Both the position numbers and the translations under genes were made by a program. A DNA stretch of 64,000 nucleotides. Origin: Geosiphon pyriformis uo1. Lineage: Eukaryota > Fungi > Glomeromycota. Positions 1 through 12,472 of this stretch are shown here, in pieces. Each line of letters begins with the position of its first letter. Within the stretch, counting starts at the first letter, position 1. Location of the stretch: assembly GCA_016748015.1 (NCBI GenBank), contig JAAOMT010000352.1:124001-188000 (forward strand), given 5' to 3'. Under the pieces are notes generated by a model. That model saw nothing but the letters and a program-made list of their open reading frames with translations, was not told the DNA's origin and ran no database searches.

Positions 1-476
1 TAGTATTTACTTAAAAAAAACAAAAACAATATTTAAAACAATTAAATATTAGACTTTGTAAATATTGCCTAATTTTTAATAACTTTGAATATTGTACAAT
101 TGTAATTTTATTTACAATTCACTATCAAGCATAATCTATTTGATTTCCAAAGAGAAAGAACCAATTAGCAGCTGCACTTCAGAATTAAAATCAAAATTCA
201 ATTGTAATTTAGACTTTAATAATAACAACAATAACAGTTTTAATACTATTTATTATGGCAACAATAATAATAATAATTCAAACTTTAATTACAATTTTAA
301 ACAATATATTATGCCCTCAGATTTTTTCAAGAAGCAGAAAATCAAATAGTTTAGCAAAAATAATGAAGATATTATGTTAGAACAAATACATAATACTGAT
401 ACAAAGTTTAATTTTAAATATCTTAAAAAAACTGTCATTAAATTAAAACCTTACTTACATACCAGTATAGATTTAA
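1..476 (+). pseudogene. pol: Family B pol fragment (end of Cys-rich region, Asn-rich linker, start of dUTPase)
   Basis: Colinear with 34070-34540 and 58690-59150 (LCKYCL...YCxxCxxIYN...EPISSCTSE, then NTDxxFxL); many stops; ends at a junction with a family B 3' end. Confidence 0.85.
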
Positions 477-524
477 GAGATTTAAAAAATTTCAATAGAG
501 TTCAATATTAAAAGAAAAAAATAA

Positions 525-1415
525 TATTACTTATAGAAATTAAGAATTATAATAAGTAGATAAAATAGCCAATTAAAAATAGGTGTAGTAAAAAGAAATT
601 TCAAAATTTCTCTTAAGAAATTGCGAAATTCCAAAATTTCAGAATTTCAGAATTTTTCTTAAGGAATTGTAAAATTCCAAAATTGCAGAATTGCAGAATT
701 TTTTTTAAAAAATTTAAAAATTTCAAGAAATCTCATATAATACAAATTATATATTTATAGTAAAAGTATTAAAAGCAGAAAAAAAGCATTGAATACAATT
801 CAATTCAAGTTAAAAATAACAACTTATTCTATATCTCTCTCTTTAAAAGATAGTTTTCTATAACTTAAAATGAAATCACATTAATATCAATAAAAATATC
901 TAATTATTATCTAAATTTATGTTATTATTATTTAATTAAGAATATTAATCACTTTCTTTACTATTAACAATTTATGTTAATAAATTTTAATACTTAATCA
1001 TACTAAACTAATAGCTCTTAATTATAGCTATTGACAAAATACTAATTTTTTATTTTCAATTTTTTATTTTTATTTATTTTTTTTTGTTTTATTTCTTTGT
1101 TGTTTACTAATTGATAAAAAAAATTAAGTGCTGAGCATTTAACATTAAGAATAGCTTAATAAAAAACCTGGAAACAAGAATAAAAATTTAAAAATAGCTT
1201 ATTAAAAAAATATAACTGTCAAAATAAACTGGTTATTATACTAAAAAAAAAATTCACAGAAGAAACTATCAATTAAATTTCTGTCTATTATACAAAAAAC
1301 TCAACCAAAATCTTTAAACTCCAAAACTTTTGGAAATTACCAATATTTTCAACTATTGAGCACCAAGTTACAAATTTGTTATTTGTTCTAATATTCCAAA
1401 TAATCACTTATAACA
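525..1415 (+). repeat. Family B-type LTR (variant), preceded by a polypurine tract
   Basis: Starts TATTAC (degenerate TGTTAC) after AGAGTTCAATATTAAAAGAAAAAAATAA, ends TAATCACTTATAACA; similar to 39711-40577 and to the reverse complement of 61413-62305. Confidence 0.85.
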
Positions 1416-3163
1416 ATAAACAAAAAGAGTATTATTTGCTATAACCAAAACAGTTGGAGCAAATAAACTTGGAAAATTTAGATTTACTTTAACATATACA
1501 ACTCAAAATACTACTTAATAATTTTACTGACATCTTTATAAGTAAAAATAAATTCAGTAGAATTGACATTATTCAGCACCAGATCAAAACTAGAAATGCA
1601 ATATCAATTAAACAAAGAACATACAAAGTACCACCTACCAGTCATAAAATTATCTGATAAAAAATCAATCATATGTTAGACAATGGGTTAATTCAACTAT
1701 CAATAAGTCTATGGTTATCACTAGTTGTACTTATCCAAAAAAAGAATAAAAAAATTCATTTTTGTATAGACTACTAAAAATTCAATAGTGTAATATATAG
1801 AGACAGCTACCCAACTCCATAAATTCAGAAATTATTTAATGCTTTTGGAAGAAAAAAATAATTCTTTACATTGAACTTAGACAGTAGTTATTGGCAAGTA
1901 GTTATAAATTTAAATAACAAAGAAAAAACAGTATTTACAACCAGAGAAAAGAATTTTGAATTTGATATTATGTCATTTAGCTTAACCAATGCTCTAATTA
2001 TTTTTCAACAGCTTATGAAAATTGTTTATACTGAATTGTTATAGAAATTTATAATGGTCTACTTAGATAACACCAATATGTTTTTAAAAACATTTGATAA
2101 TTATTTCTATTATTTCCAACAAGTATTCAAAAGATTAAGAAAAGTTGAATTAAAATTAAATGCAACCAAATACTTCTTTGGCAAAATTAAACTCAAGTTT
2201 TTGGAACATATTGTAAATAAAAATAGCATAAAAACAAATCCAGACAAGATTAAGATAGTCAAAAACTTTTTAGTATCAATAAATCTTATAGAATTAAAAA
2301 CATTCTTGGAATCTGCTAGATATTATCACTGCTTTATTCAAAACTTCTCCAAATTGGCTCAACTACTTCACCAGTTTCAAGCCAAGAACATTAAATATAA
2401 ATAAACTGAAAACCAAAAAAAGCTTTTAATATCTTAAAAAAAAAGCTCATTTAAGCTTTAGTATTAATCTATCTAAATCATAATAAGCCATTTATTATTA
2501 TTACTGATACATTTGGTTAAACATTAAGAGTTATATTGTCACAAAAAAGAGCTGATAAATAAAAACATTTAATAGTATATGCTAGTCAAAATTTGAGTTT
2601 AGCCAAAAAAAATTATAAAACTCCAGCATTAAAATACTTAGCTATCTATTAGGCTGTTATCAAATAGAAAAAATACTTGAGTTAGAAGTTTGATATGTAT
2701 ATTAATCACAAAAGATTGATATTAATTCAGAAGCAAAAATTTGGAGATAATTATCATACAAGATAGAAAATAGAACTATTATTATTTAATTATATTATAT
2801 ATTATAAAAAAAAAAAAACAGAAAAGCTAACAACTTGCCATAAATGAAATAAATTTAAAAACATTTTAACTCAAAATATAACAAAAAATAAATACACAAA
2901 AATATTAACAACTTCAATATTATATTAATATTTAATAGTTCAATAAGAAATTATTTCAAAAAAAACAAAACAATATTAAACAATCAAAATATTTTATTAC
3001 TTACTAAAATATACTATATTAGAAAAACAAAAAAGATCCAGACCAATCATTTAAAGTAATTACAAAACCAGAAAAAGAAACAATATTGTTTAATATATAC
3101 TCAAATCAAACTGCAGAACATTTTCATATAGAAGCAATCATAGAAAAAACCAGAAAAAAATAC
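1416..3163 (+). pseudogene. pol: Family B RT, RNase H and integrase N-terminus, decayed
   Basis: ORF 2054-2404 VYLDNTN (YLDD-derived), LKFLEHIV; colinear with 35210-37940; cut by an A LTR at 3164. Confidence 0.9.
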
Positions 3164-3840
3164 TGTTATGATTAAAACCCACACTTTTTATTAATTATCA
3201 CATGTATTAGCCACTAATATTATATAATTAACCATTCTATTTTTAGATAGTAATTATTGACCTGATTATTGACTTGACTATTGACCTGGTTGTTGACCAC
3301 TTTAAATAGCTATATAAGTAATAAATCTCTTAGTTATAGAAAAATATGATCAAAGTAATAAAATAAAATCTATTATTAATTATTTCCTTTTATATCACTT
3401 ATTTCTTTTTCTCTATCTTCAAGTATCTAAACATCTTAGAATAAAAGATTACTTGTTGGCATTCACATATCTTATTTTTTTCCCTTCTTAATTTGTATTT
3501 TTAGAATTAGCCTGAAAAGTAATTGTTTGCTCTTGTGATTTATTGAATAAAAAAATAATTAAAAAGCACAATGATATTTGTTATTGATTCTAAAAATTAT
3601 TGAGTTGAGACATAAAATAATAGCAGTAATATTATCTTGTTGACAATTATGAACTATTTCTCTACCTTCAGATTTCCAGAAAAGATTTACAACTATGATT
3701 TTTATAAGACTGATTATGTACATTAAATCTTTACTTATTTAATTTGCTTACCTATTGTAATTCTTTCTTTGATTATTTCTATTATCCTACAATTCTGTTC
3801 TTCTTTGCTATCTGTTAGCTTGTTACTCCAACTCATAACA
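3164..3840 (+). repeat. Family A 5' LTR
   Basis: TGTTATG...CATAACA, homologous to 17201-17866, followed by PBS and gag. Confidence 0.9.
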
Positions 3841-3846
3841 TAAAAG

Positions 3847-3863
3847 TAGTGCTCTCTGTAAAG
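3847..3863 (+). promoter_or_regulatory. Primer binding site, degenerate TGGTGCTCCCTGTGAGG
   Basis: TAGTGCTCTCTGTAAAG 6 nt after the LTR end; differs from the family B PBS consensus only by transitions. Confidence 0.7.
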
Positions 3864-3899
3864 TTGTCAAAATTCACTTTGTTTCCTATTGTATAAGTG

Positions 3900-6066
3900 A
3901 TTATTTATACTTGTTACAACAATCAGAAAAACACTTTGAAGCACACAACAAAAACAATCTAAATTTTATTGAATTCAATTTTTTGCTCTTCTGCTTGATT
4001 TGCTTTCTTATTAAAGAACAATTTAGTAGACAATTTCAAGATTTTTGGAACTGGTTTTTGAATGAATATTCAGCTGGAATCTATATAGTCTATATAATTT
4101 ATTACTTTAACCAAGCTTATTTTAAAGACAGCTTTGAAGAAAAAAATAACAGCATCAATTAGCTTTTATATTTCATAACTTTTGAACAACAGCTCTCTAA
4201 TTTTGAATACTTGAATCACCAAATTCACATCTGAATTGCTGCCCACCAGTTAGCTAAAACTTCCTTTGAAACAGAAAAAAAAGTTATTAAACTGCTCTTG
4301 TTTTTAATTTCTTTTTAAGTAAATTAGAACATTTTACACAAACAGCTATTTCTAAACCAATGGCTAATGACCCCATACAACAAAACATTTTGGCCACTTT
4401 CCAAGACATACAAACTGTTTTAGGGCAAAGAAATAACACTCCACTATTTTTATTTAGAGGTGATATACAAAACCCAATTAAATAGTTAGATGATTTTGAA
4501 AGAGCAATCACTGCCAATTAATATAATACTGAGTATAAGTTTCAAATTGTTAGTGGCTACCTCCAAGACTCTTCTGCTACTTGGTTTTTACAAAAAACTA
4601 ATGCTGGTGCTCACCAAAAAAACATTAGATAAACACCAACAAATACTGAAAAAGAAAACATTTCTTTTACAATCCAGTTTGAAACTAAATTTAGAACTCC
4701 TATCTTAATTTCAAAATGGCATATGAAATTAAAAAGAAGAATTTAAGGTTCTAGTAAAATTGTAACTGAGTATGCCAAAGCAATTAGAAAATTAATCAAG
4801 CAAGTAGACTTTGAAAGGAACTAAACAGAAGAGCAAAAAATTCATTCTTTTACAAAAGGGTTGAAAACTAATCTTTTATATGTTTTTTGGCCCCTTTTGG
4901 CTTCAAAAAATAATCCAACAATAAATATGGTTATTGAACTTGCCAACAAATTAAAGACAACCAAAGAATGTATTTGGGATCCACACTTCCAGTTTTTGCT
5001 CTTGTCTCTATTATGGCTTCTGTTCCTTAAATGGCTGCTACTTTTTTTGTTGCCCAAACTCAAAACCCAAATAAACAGTTAATAGACAGACTCACAGCCA
5101 ATCTTGTTTGATTACTGGAACTCTTAACCCAAACAGTCAGAGATAACCAGCAATTACAAAGATTCAGATTTGAATCCTATTTTAATTAGCCCCAGCAACT
5201 CTCTTATTAAAAACAACAAAATTGTGGTCCACCCATGTGTTATTACTGTGGATTAACTGAACATTTTTTCAGAAATTGCAACAATTCTTCTCTGTTTTTT
5301 TCAGCTCCAAAAAACAATAACAATTAAAACAACAAAACCATCAACAACAATATTCCCAATCAAAAATCCAATCATGCCAACATCAATTTCTTTGGAGAGG
5401 ATTTTCTAGTTGAAGCCACTATTTATTAGCCTTTAAACTGATAGGCACACCTCCAAAGAATAAGAGTACAAGCCAATCAGAAGAAAACTCTTTTTATGCT
5501 TTTAACTTAACTAATAATAATCATGACATAAATGAACTAGCAATCAACACTTTTGAATCAACAAGAAAAAAAAAAAGGCCAAAATTAATTTTTTTCTGAA
5601 CCTAAATAAAGCATCTACATCAACTGCTGATAACAATAAGCCACCAAAAACTAAAGTTTTTAAGAATCTTTTAAAGCTGGAATTCCCAAAAATTGTACAA
5701 AAATCTGGTCTTTATTCTATTGTCAAAAATCTTATAAAAACCCCAGTTCACATTATTTTTGGCCAGTTAATGACCCATTCACAATTCAGAAAAGACCTTT
5801 GCAAATCCTTGATCCCAAAGAAGAAAACACCAAAAACTAACAAGCATCTTTGTCAAGCTGAACTTATTAACAACAACAATATTACTTCTCTGATTTGCAA
5901 AGCCCAAGTGGCTACTTTATTAATCTGATCTTAGATAGTAGATTATCTGTTAGTGTTATTGCCAAATATTTCCTTAAAGCAATTGGCAGAAAGATTGATA
6001 AACCATTAACCAGACTTATGACCAATATACATAATAACAAAAAAAAAGGCTTGATATTGCCAAAGC
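3900..6066 (+). pseudogene. gag: Family A gag and protease, 3'-truncated
   Basis: Colinear with 11135-13100; zinc knuckle near 5235-5280; LILDS protease motif near 5925. Confidence 0.9.
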
Positions 6067-6500
6067 AAAAATGTGAAATATGAATAAACTAAAGCTCAGT
6101 AAGAAACTTTTGATGTTCTAAGAAAAAAGCTTATTCAAGCATTAGTATTGATCTATCCAAATTACAACAAGCTATTCATTATTACTACCAATGCATCTGG
6201 TTAAGCATTGGAAGTCATACTATTTCAGAGAAAACCAGATGAACAAAAACATCCAGTAGCATATGTCAGCCGAAGTTTGAGTCCAGCAGAAAAGAATTAT
6301 AGAACACCAGCACTAAAACACTTAGTTATTTATTAAGCAATCATGAAATGAAAAAAATATTTAAGCCAGAAATTCGAAATATATACTAATCACAAAGAAT
6401 TAACATTAATTCAGAAGCAAAAATTTGGAGATGACCACCATGTCAAATGGAAAATAGAACTTTCATCATTTAAATATACTGTATATTATAAAAAAGAAAA
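6067..6500 (+). pseudogene. pol: Family B RT-connection/RNase H fragment
   Basis: KNVKYE...TTNASG...HPVAYVSRSLSPAEKNY; colinear with 37160-37590; both ends are abrupt junctions with family A sequence. Confidence 0.85.
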
Positions 6501-7082
6501 ACTTATTACTTTAACCAAGCTTATTTTAAAGACAACTTTGAAGAAAGAAACAACAATATTAATCAGCTTTTATATTCTACAACCTTTGAATAATAGTTCT
6601 CTGATTTTGAATATCTAAATTACCAAATTCACATTTGGATTGCTGCCTATTAGCTAGCTAAAACACCCTTTGAAACAGAAAAAAAAAGCTATCAAACTGC
6701 TCTTGTTTTTGATCTCTTCTCAAATGAATCAAAACACTTTACATAAACAGCTACTCTTGAACCAATGGCTAATGACCCTATGCAACAAAACATTTTGATT
6801 ATCCTCCAAGACATGTAAACTGCTTTAGGACAAAAAAACAATACTCCATTACTATTATTCAAAGATAATGCACAAGATCCAATTAAATGGTTAAATAATT
6901 TTGAAAGAGTTGTTACAGCCAACCAATATGATAATAAATACAAGTTCCAAATCATTAATGGCTATCTTCAAGACTTTTCTGCTACTTGGTTCTTACAAGA
7001 AACCAATGCCAATGCTTAGCAAAGAATTATTAAATGAATACCAGCAAATGCTGAAAAAGACAATATCTTTTTTACTATTCAG

Positions 7083-7927
7083 TATTATAGGTGATTATTT
7101 GGGGTCTCAAATCAAATAACAAACTCATAATTTGGTGTTAATTCATTTGATGACATTGGTAATATCTGTAAGTTGTTAGTATCTGAAAGTTTTGTTTAAA
7201 TTCTTTGTATAATGGACAGAGATTTCCTAATTGTTTTATCTGTAGCTTTCTGAAACCACAATTCCATTAAATTTCTTTCTTAGTGTGATGGCTGGTAATC
7301 CTTCTGGTAAGCTATTCTCAATTAAGTGTTTTACTTTTATTTTTGGGTCTTTTATCAGTTACTTATATCTTGACATTAGTATTTTTGCATGTTAATCCTT
7401 TTTAATCAAGTTAGTAATCTAATAAACCAAAACAGAAAGAAAATCAAATAAAGAAATAGAATAAAAGAAAAAGAAAGAAATTAGCCAAAACAATGAATAT
7501 TAGTATTTCATCAATAGTCTTGATCAATCTTTATTGTTTCAGTATGGTCAAATATGGGTTATTATCAACATAAAGTATTGATAGTAAAGAGTGGATTAAG
7601 ATAGCAAATAGTTATTTTATTGATATTTGTGATTTGTAGAATTATTTAAATAAAATCTAAACTAAGAGGTCTCTCTTTTCTACTTCTAATACTACTGTTA
7701 TATATACATAATTGAGATTCCTCAATTTTTCAATTTTTCACCTCAAGAATTCTGGAATTCTTGAAATCTTGCAATTCCTTTGAAAGAAATTTTGGAATTC
7801 TGAAATCCTGCAATTTCTCATATAAAAATCCTGAAATTTCTGGAATCCTGAAATTCCACATTTACTATGGCTACTTTTGATTGGCTAATTTATATGCTAA
7901 TATACTTCTTATATTCTATAAGTAACA
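7083..7927 (-). repeat. Family B 3' LTR
   Basis: Direct repeat of 24648-25485; adjoins the PPT. Confidence 0.93.
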
Positions 7928-7949
7928 TTATTCTCTTATTTTTAATATT

Positions 7950-8640
7950 GAGCTCTATTGAGATCTCCTAATTCTAACTCTCTGTCTTTAAGTATTTCTT
8001 GAACTTTTTTTTCAAGAATTACTTGTGTTATTTTGTTCTGTAATTTTTTGAATTGGACATTGGTTATTTTTTTTATTTGGTTAATAGTAATAGTGTTTAT
8101 TACAAGATTAAATAAGATTTCTAGTTGGTTTTGAAATCCAATTTATAATCAATAAATGGCTTGTGCTTGTGTGGTTAGATTGTTTTTTTCTCACAAATTG
8201 TTTAAGTTGTTGTAAAATTTCTAGATTGAATAATCACTTTGTCTTATCTGTATATAAGTTTTGGATATTTAGATGTTGTTCCAAATAGAAATAACAAAAG
8301 TTTTTTGGAAATTCTTGTATCTACCACTTCCAAGTTTCTTTGGTTAATTCTTAATATAGAGTGACACTTATTGGCTCTTTTATTGCCAATTTTACTTTTA
8401 GAATTATTTTGTTGATGGTATTTTCTGGTTTCTTCTGTACTTTGTATTGGTGTATTTTTTTGGTATTTCTGTATTGAATGGTTTGTTGGTTGATAGTAAT
8501 TTCTATATTTTATTGTTGCATTAATTGAAAAAGTTGTTGTGTTAGCAAGTAAATCTTGTCAGTAATTTTTATTTTTCTGATATCTCCCATTGTATCTATT
8601 ATGTCTTTATATATTCTTTTGGTTGATTAATTTGATGTGT
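7950..8640 (-). pseudogene. Family B ORF-X (post-integrase accessory ORF), disrupted
   Basis: Homologous to 39043-39680; reads ...ELTKETWKW.IQEFPKNFCYFYLEQHLNIQ... Confidence 0.7.
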
Positions 8641-10001
8641 TTGTGTCAATGATAATGATTGGTTCTAGATTTTGTAAAATCTCATCTGGTCGAACTAGTA
8701 TTTTTTGTACTCTCAATTGTGAAATATTACTGGTAAATAATAATGCTATATTATAATATAGTTTCAATTAATCTTTATGTACTGCTTTGGTTAAAATTTT
8801 GTTGTTCAACCTTAATTTATAAGCTCTATTTCCTAAAATTTTTTCTATGTGAAATGGTTCATTCCATTTGGGATCAAATTTTCTACTCCATTGTTTTTCC
8901 ACTTTGGTATGATATAAAAGTACTTTGTCTCCAATCCTGAATTCAATTAGTTTATTTAGTAGTTGGTTGTTATGTTTTTTTTTTTGTTTTTTTTGTGACT
9001 TTTGGATGTTATCAGCTGCTTTTTGTCATTTGTTTTCTAGAGTTTTTATCAAGTCATATGTTCTTCTTAATAATATTTCTTAAAAATTGTCTTCTGTTAT
9101 TGGTTCCATTGGATATGTATTGACTTTTATTTCAACTGGTAATGTTAATATTCTACCATATACCAATTCAAATAGTATTGCTTGTATAGTGTCTTGTTTC
9201 ATTGTTTGATAAGCAAATAATACTGATGGTATACATAAATTCCAAGTTTTTTTGGCTGATTTTGACAATTGCTTTATACAATGTTCTATTAAATCTTTCT
9301 ACTAACCCATTGGTTTGTGGATAATATGATAATAATAATGGTCTTTTTATTCCAAATCTTTGACTTAATTCTGCCAATGTTCTATTTACAAAATGAGTTC
9401 TTTGGTTTAATAATAGTTCTTTTGGACATCTATGTTGACAAATTAGATCTTGATGAATGAATTCTACAATGGATTTTGCATCTGCTTTTTGAATGGCTTT
9501 TGCTTCTGGCCATTTAGTAAGATAATCCATGGCTACTACAATATATCTGTTTTCTCTGCTGGTTATTGTTAATAGTCCAACTAAGTTAATTCTAATGTAA
9601 TTAAATAGTTGTTCCACTTTAATTGGTCTTAATAGTTCACTTGGTTTTGTTCCTTCTCTTCTCTGACAAGCATCATAATTTTGAACATATTGGATAATGT
9701 CTAGATATATTGATGGCCAGTAATATCTTTTTTTGGTTTTTTCTATTGTTGCTTCTTTGTGGAAATGTTCTGCTGTTGAATTTGAGTGCATGTTGAACAG
9801 TATTGTTTCTCTTTTTGGTTCTGTAATTACTTTGATTGGTTGATCTAAATTTCTTCTATTCTTTTGATAAAGTATACTTTGATGAGTGATAAAATATTTT
9901 GATTGTTGTTTTATGCTGTTTCATTTTTTTTAAGATAATTTCTCCTTGAACTGTTAGGTATCTATATAATACTGGAGTTGTTGATATTTTTGTGTATTCA
10001 T
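8640..10001 (-). pseudogene. Family B integrase, own ATG at 10001
   Basis: ORF 9168-9791: H..H..C..C remnant, DYLTKWPEA, YPQTNGLVERFN; C-terminal KFDPKWNEPF-like (GPY/F) motif. Confidence 0.9.
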
Positions 10002-10095
10002 CTTTTGTTATATTTTTGGATTAAAATGTTTTTAGCTTTGTCTCATTTATGACAATTCATCAGCATTTCTATTCTCTTTTCCCTTTTTATAGTGT

Positions 10096-10741
10096 TGTTA
10101 CAGTTGAAACACATAGTTTTTATTAATTATTACATGTATTAGCCACTGATGTCATATAATTAGCCACCCTATTTTTAGATAGTGATCATTGACCTGATCA
10201 ATGACCTGACTGTTGACCTGATCATTGACCTGATCATTGACCTGATCAATGACCTGATCATTGACCTGATCATTAACCTGATCATTGACCTGATTGTTGA
10301 CCTGGTCGTTGACCACTTTAGACAGCTATATAAGTGATGATTCTCTCAGCTGTAGAAAGACATGATCAAAGTAACAAAATAAACAATATCAATTACTTCC
10401 TCTCATAATCACTTATTCCCCTTTCCTTACCTTCAAGTATCTACTTGTTGGCATTCACATACCTTATCTTTTCCCCTTCTTGATTTGTATTTGTTAGAAT
10501 TAGCCTGAGAAGCAATTGGCTTGCTCTTGTAATTCATTGAATAAAGAAACGATTGAAAAGTACAACGATACCTGTTATTGATTCTAAGAATTGCCGAGTT
10601 GAGGCATAAAATAATAGCAGCAGTGTTATCTTGTTGACAATCACAGACTATTCCTCTACCTTCAGATTTAAGAAAAGATTAGCGACTGTGATTTTTATGA
10701 GACTGATCACGCACATTGAATTCCTACTTATTCAATTTGCT
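10096..10741 (+). repeat. Family A 5' LTR (3' end lost in the assembly gap)
   Basis: Near-identical to 17201-17774 apart from transitions and tandem-array length. Confidence 0.93.
10190..10314 (+). repeat. 12-bp tandem array (TGACCTGATCAT)n in U3, just upstream of TATATAA
   Basis: About 10 units read directly; TATA-like GCTATATAAG at ~10325. Confidence 0.9.
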
Positions 10742-11134
10742 NNNNNNNNNNNNNNNNNNNNNNNNNNNNNNNNNNNNNNNNNNNNNNNNNNNNNNNNNNN
10801 NNNNNNNNNNNNNNNNNNNNNNNNNNNNNNNNNNNNNNNNNNNNNNNNNNNNNNNNNNNNNNNNNNNNNNNNNNNNNNNNNNNNNNNNNNNNNNNNNNNN
10901 NNNNNNNNNNNNNNNNNNNNNNNNNNNNNNNNNNNNNNNNNNNNNNNNNNNNNNNNNNNNNNNNNNNNNNNNNNNNNNNNNNNNNNNNNNNNNNNNNNNN
11001 NNNNNNNNNNNNNNNNNNNNNNNNNNNNNNNNNNNNNNNNNNNNNNNNNNNNNNNNNNNNNNNNNNNNNNNNNNNNNNNNNNNNNNNNNNNNNNNNNNNN
11101 NNNNNNNNNNNNNNNNNNNNNNNNNNNNNNNNNN
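10742..11134. other. Assembly gap (393 N)
   Basis: Run of N; size is close to the missing LTR end, PBS and leader judged from copy 3750-4100. Confidence 0.99.
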
Positions 11135-12472
11135 TATTACTTTGACCAAGCTTATTTTGAAAACGACTTTGAAGAAAGAAACAACAGTATCAATCAGCTC
11201 TTATATTCTGCAACCTTTGAACAACAGCCCCCTGATTTCGAATATCTGAATCATCAAATCCACATTTGGATTGCTGCCCATCAAGCAACTGAAACTCCCT
11301 TTGAAACAGAAGAAGAAAGCTACCAAACTGCCTCTGTTTTTGATCTTTTATCAAGCGAATCAGACTCGTCTACACAAACAGTTACCCCTGAACCAATGGC
11401 TAATGACCTCATGCAAGCAAACATTCTGGCCACCCTCCAAAGTATACAAACTGCTTTAGGGCAAAGAAACAACACCCCAATATCATTATTTAGAGATGAT
11501 GCACAAGATCCAATTAAATGGTTGAATGACTTTGAAAGAGCCACTACAGCCAATCAATATGATGATGAGTACAAGTTCCAAATTGTTGGTGGCTACTTTC
11601 AAGGATCCCCTGCTATCTGGTTCTTACAAGAAACAGATGCCAATGCCCAGCAATGAATTGTTAGATGGACACCAGCAAATGTGGAAGAAATCAACACTTT
11701 TTTCACTACCCAGTTTGAAAACAAGTTCAGAACCCCAATATTAATATCAAAATGGCATATGGAATTGGAAAAAAAAAACCAAGGTCCCAGTGAAGTTGTA
11801 ACCGAATACGCCAAAGCAATCAGAAAATTAATCAAATGAGTAGACACTGGAAGAAATTGGACAGAAGAGCAGAAAATTCACTCCTTCACAAAAGGATTAA
11901 GAACTGATCTATTGTATGCTCTTTGGCTCCTCCTGGCCCTGAAAAATAATCTCACCATAGATATGGCCATTGAATTAGCACAAAGAATTGAAGACAACCA
12001 AAGGATGCACTTGGGATCCACACTATCAGTTTTTGCTCCTGTTCCTGTCATGGCTTCTGCCCCTCAAATGGCTGCTACTTCTTTTGCCACTTACACTTAA
12101 GATCCAAATGAACAGTTAATAGACAGACTCACAGCAAATCTTGCCTGGTTATTAGAACTCTTAGCCCAAGCAGTCAGTGAAAATCAGCAACTACAAAGAC
12201 CCAGATTTGAACCATGTTTCAATCAGCCCCAGCAACCACCTTATTAAAGACAACAAAATCATGGCCCACCTGTATGTTATCACTGTGGATTAACTGAACA
12301 CTTTTCAAGAGATTGCAACAATCCTCCACCAGTCCCCAGAAACAATGATGCTCAGAACAACAGGATCAACAACAACAATGTGCCCAACCAAAGACCCAAT
12401 CATGCCAACATCAATTTCTTTGGAGAGGATCCCCTAGTTAAAGCCACTGTTTATTAGCCTTTAAACTGGTAG
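11135..12472 (+). pseudogene. gag: Family A gag (capsid-like domain and CCHC zinc knuckle), with premature stops
   Basis: FRDDAQDPIKWLNDFE...; CYHCGLTEHFSRDC at ~12275-12316. Confidence 0.9.

Noticed and set aside
10190-10314. CRISPR-like array
   Set aside because: Contiguous 12-bp units with no unique spacers, inside an LTR.
10631-11249. Long ORFs 10631-11656, 10716-11249 and 10724-11149
   Set aside because: Artefacts of translating through the N gap; only the part after 11135 is real gag.
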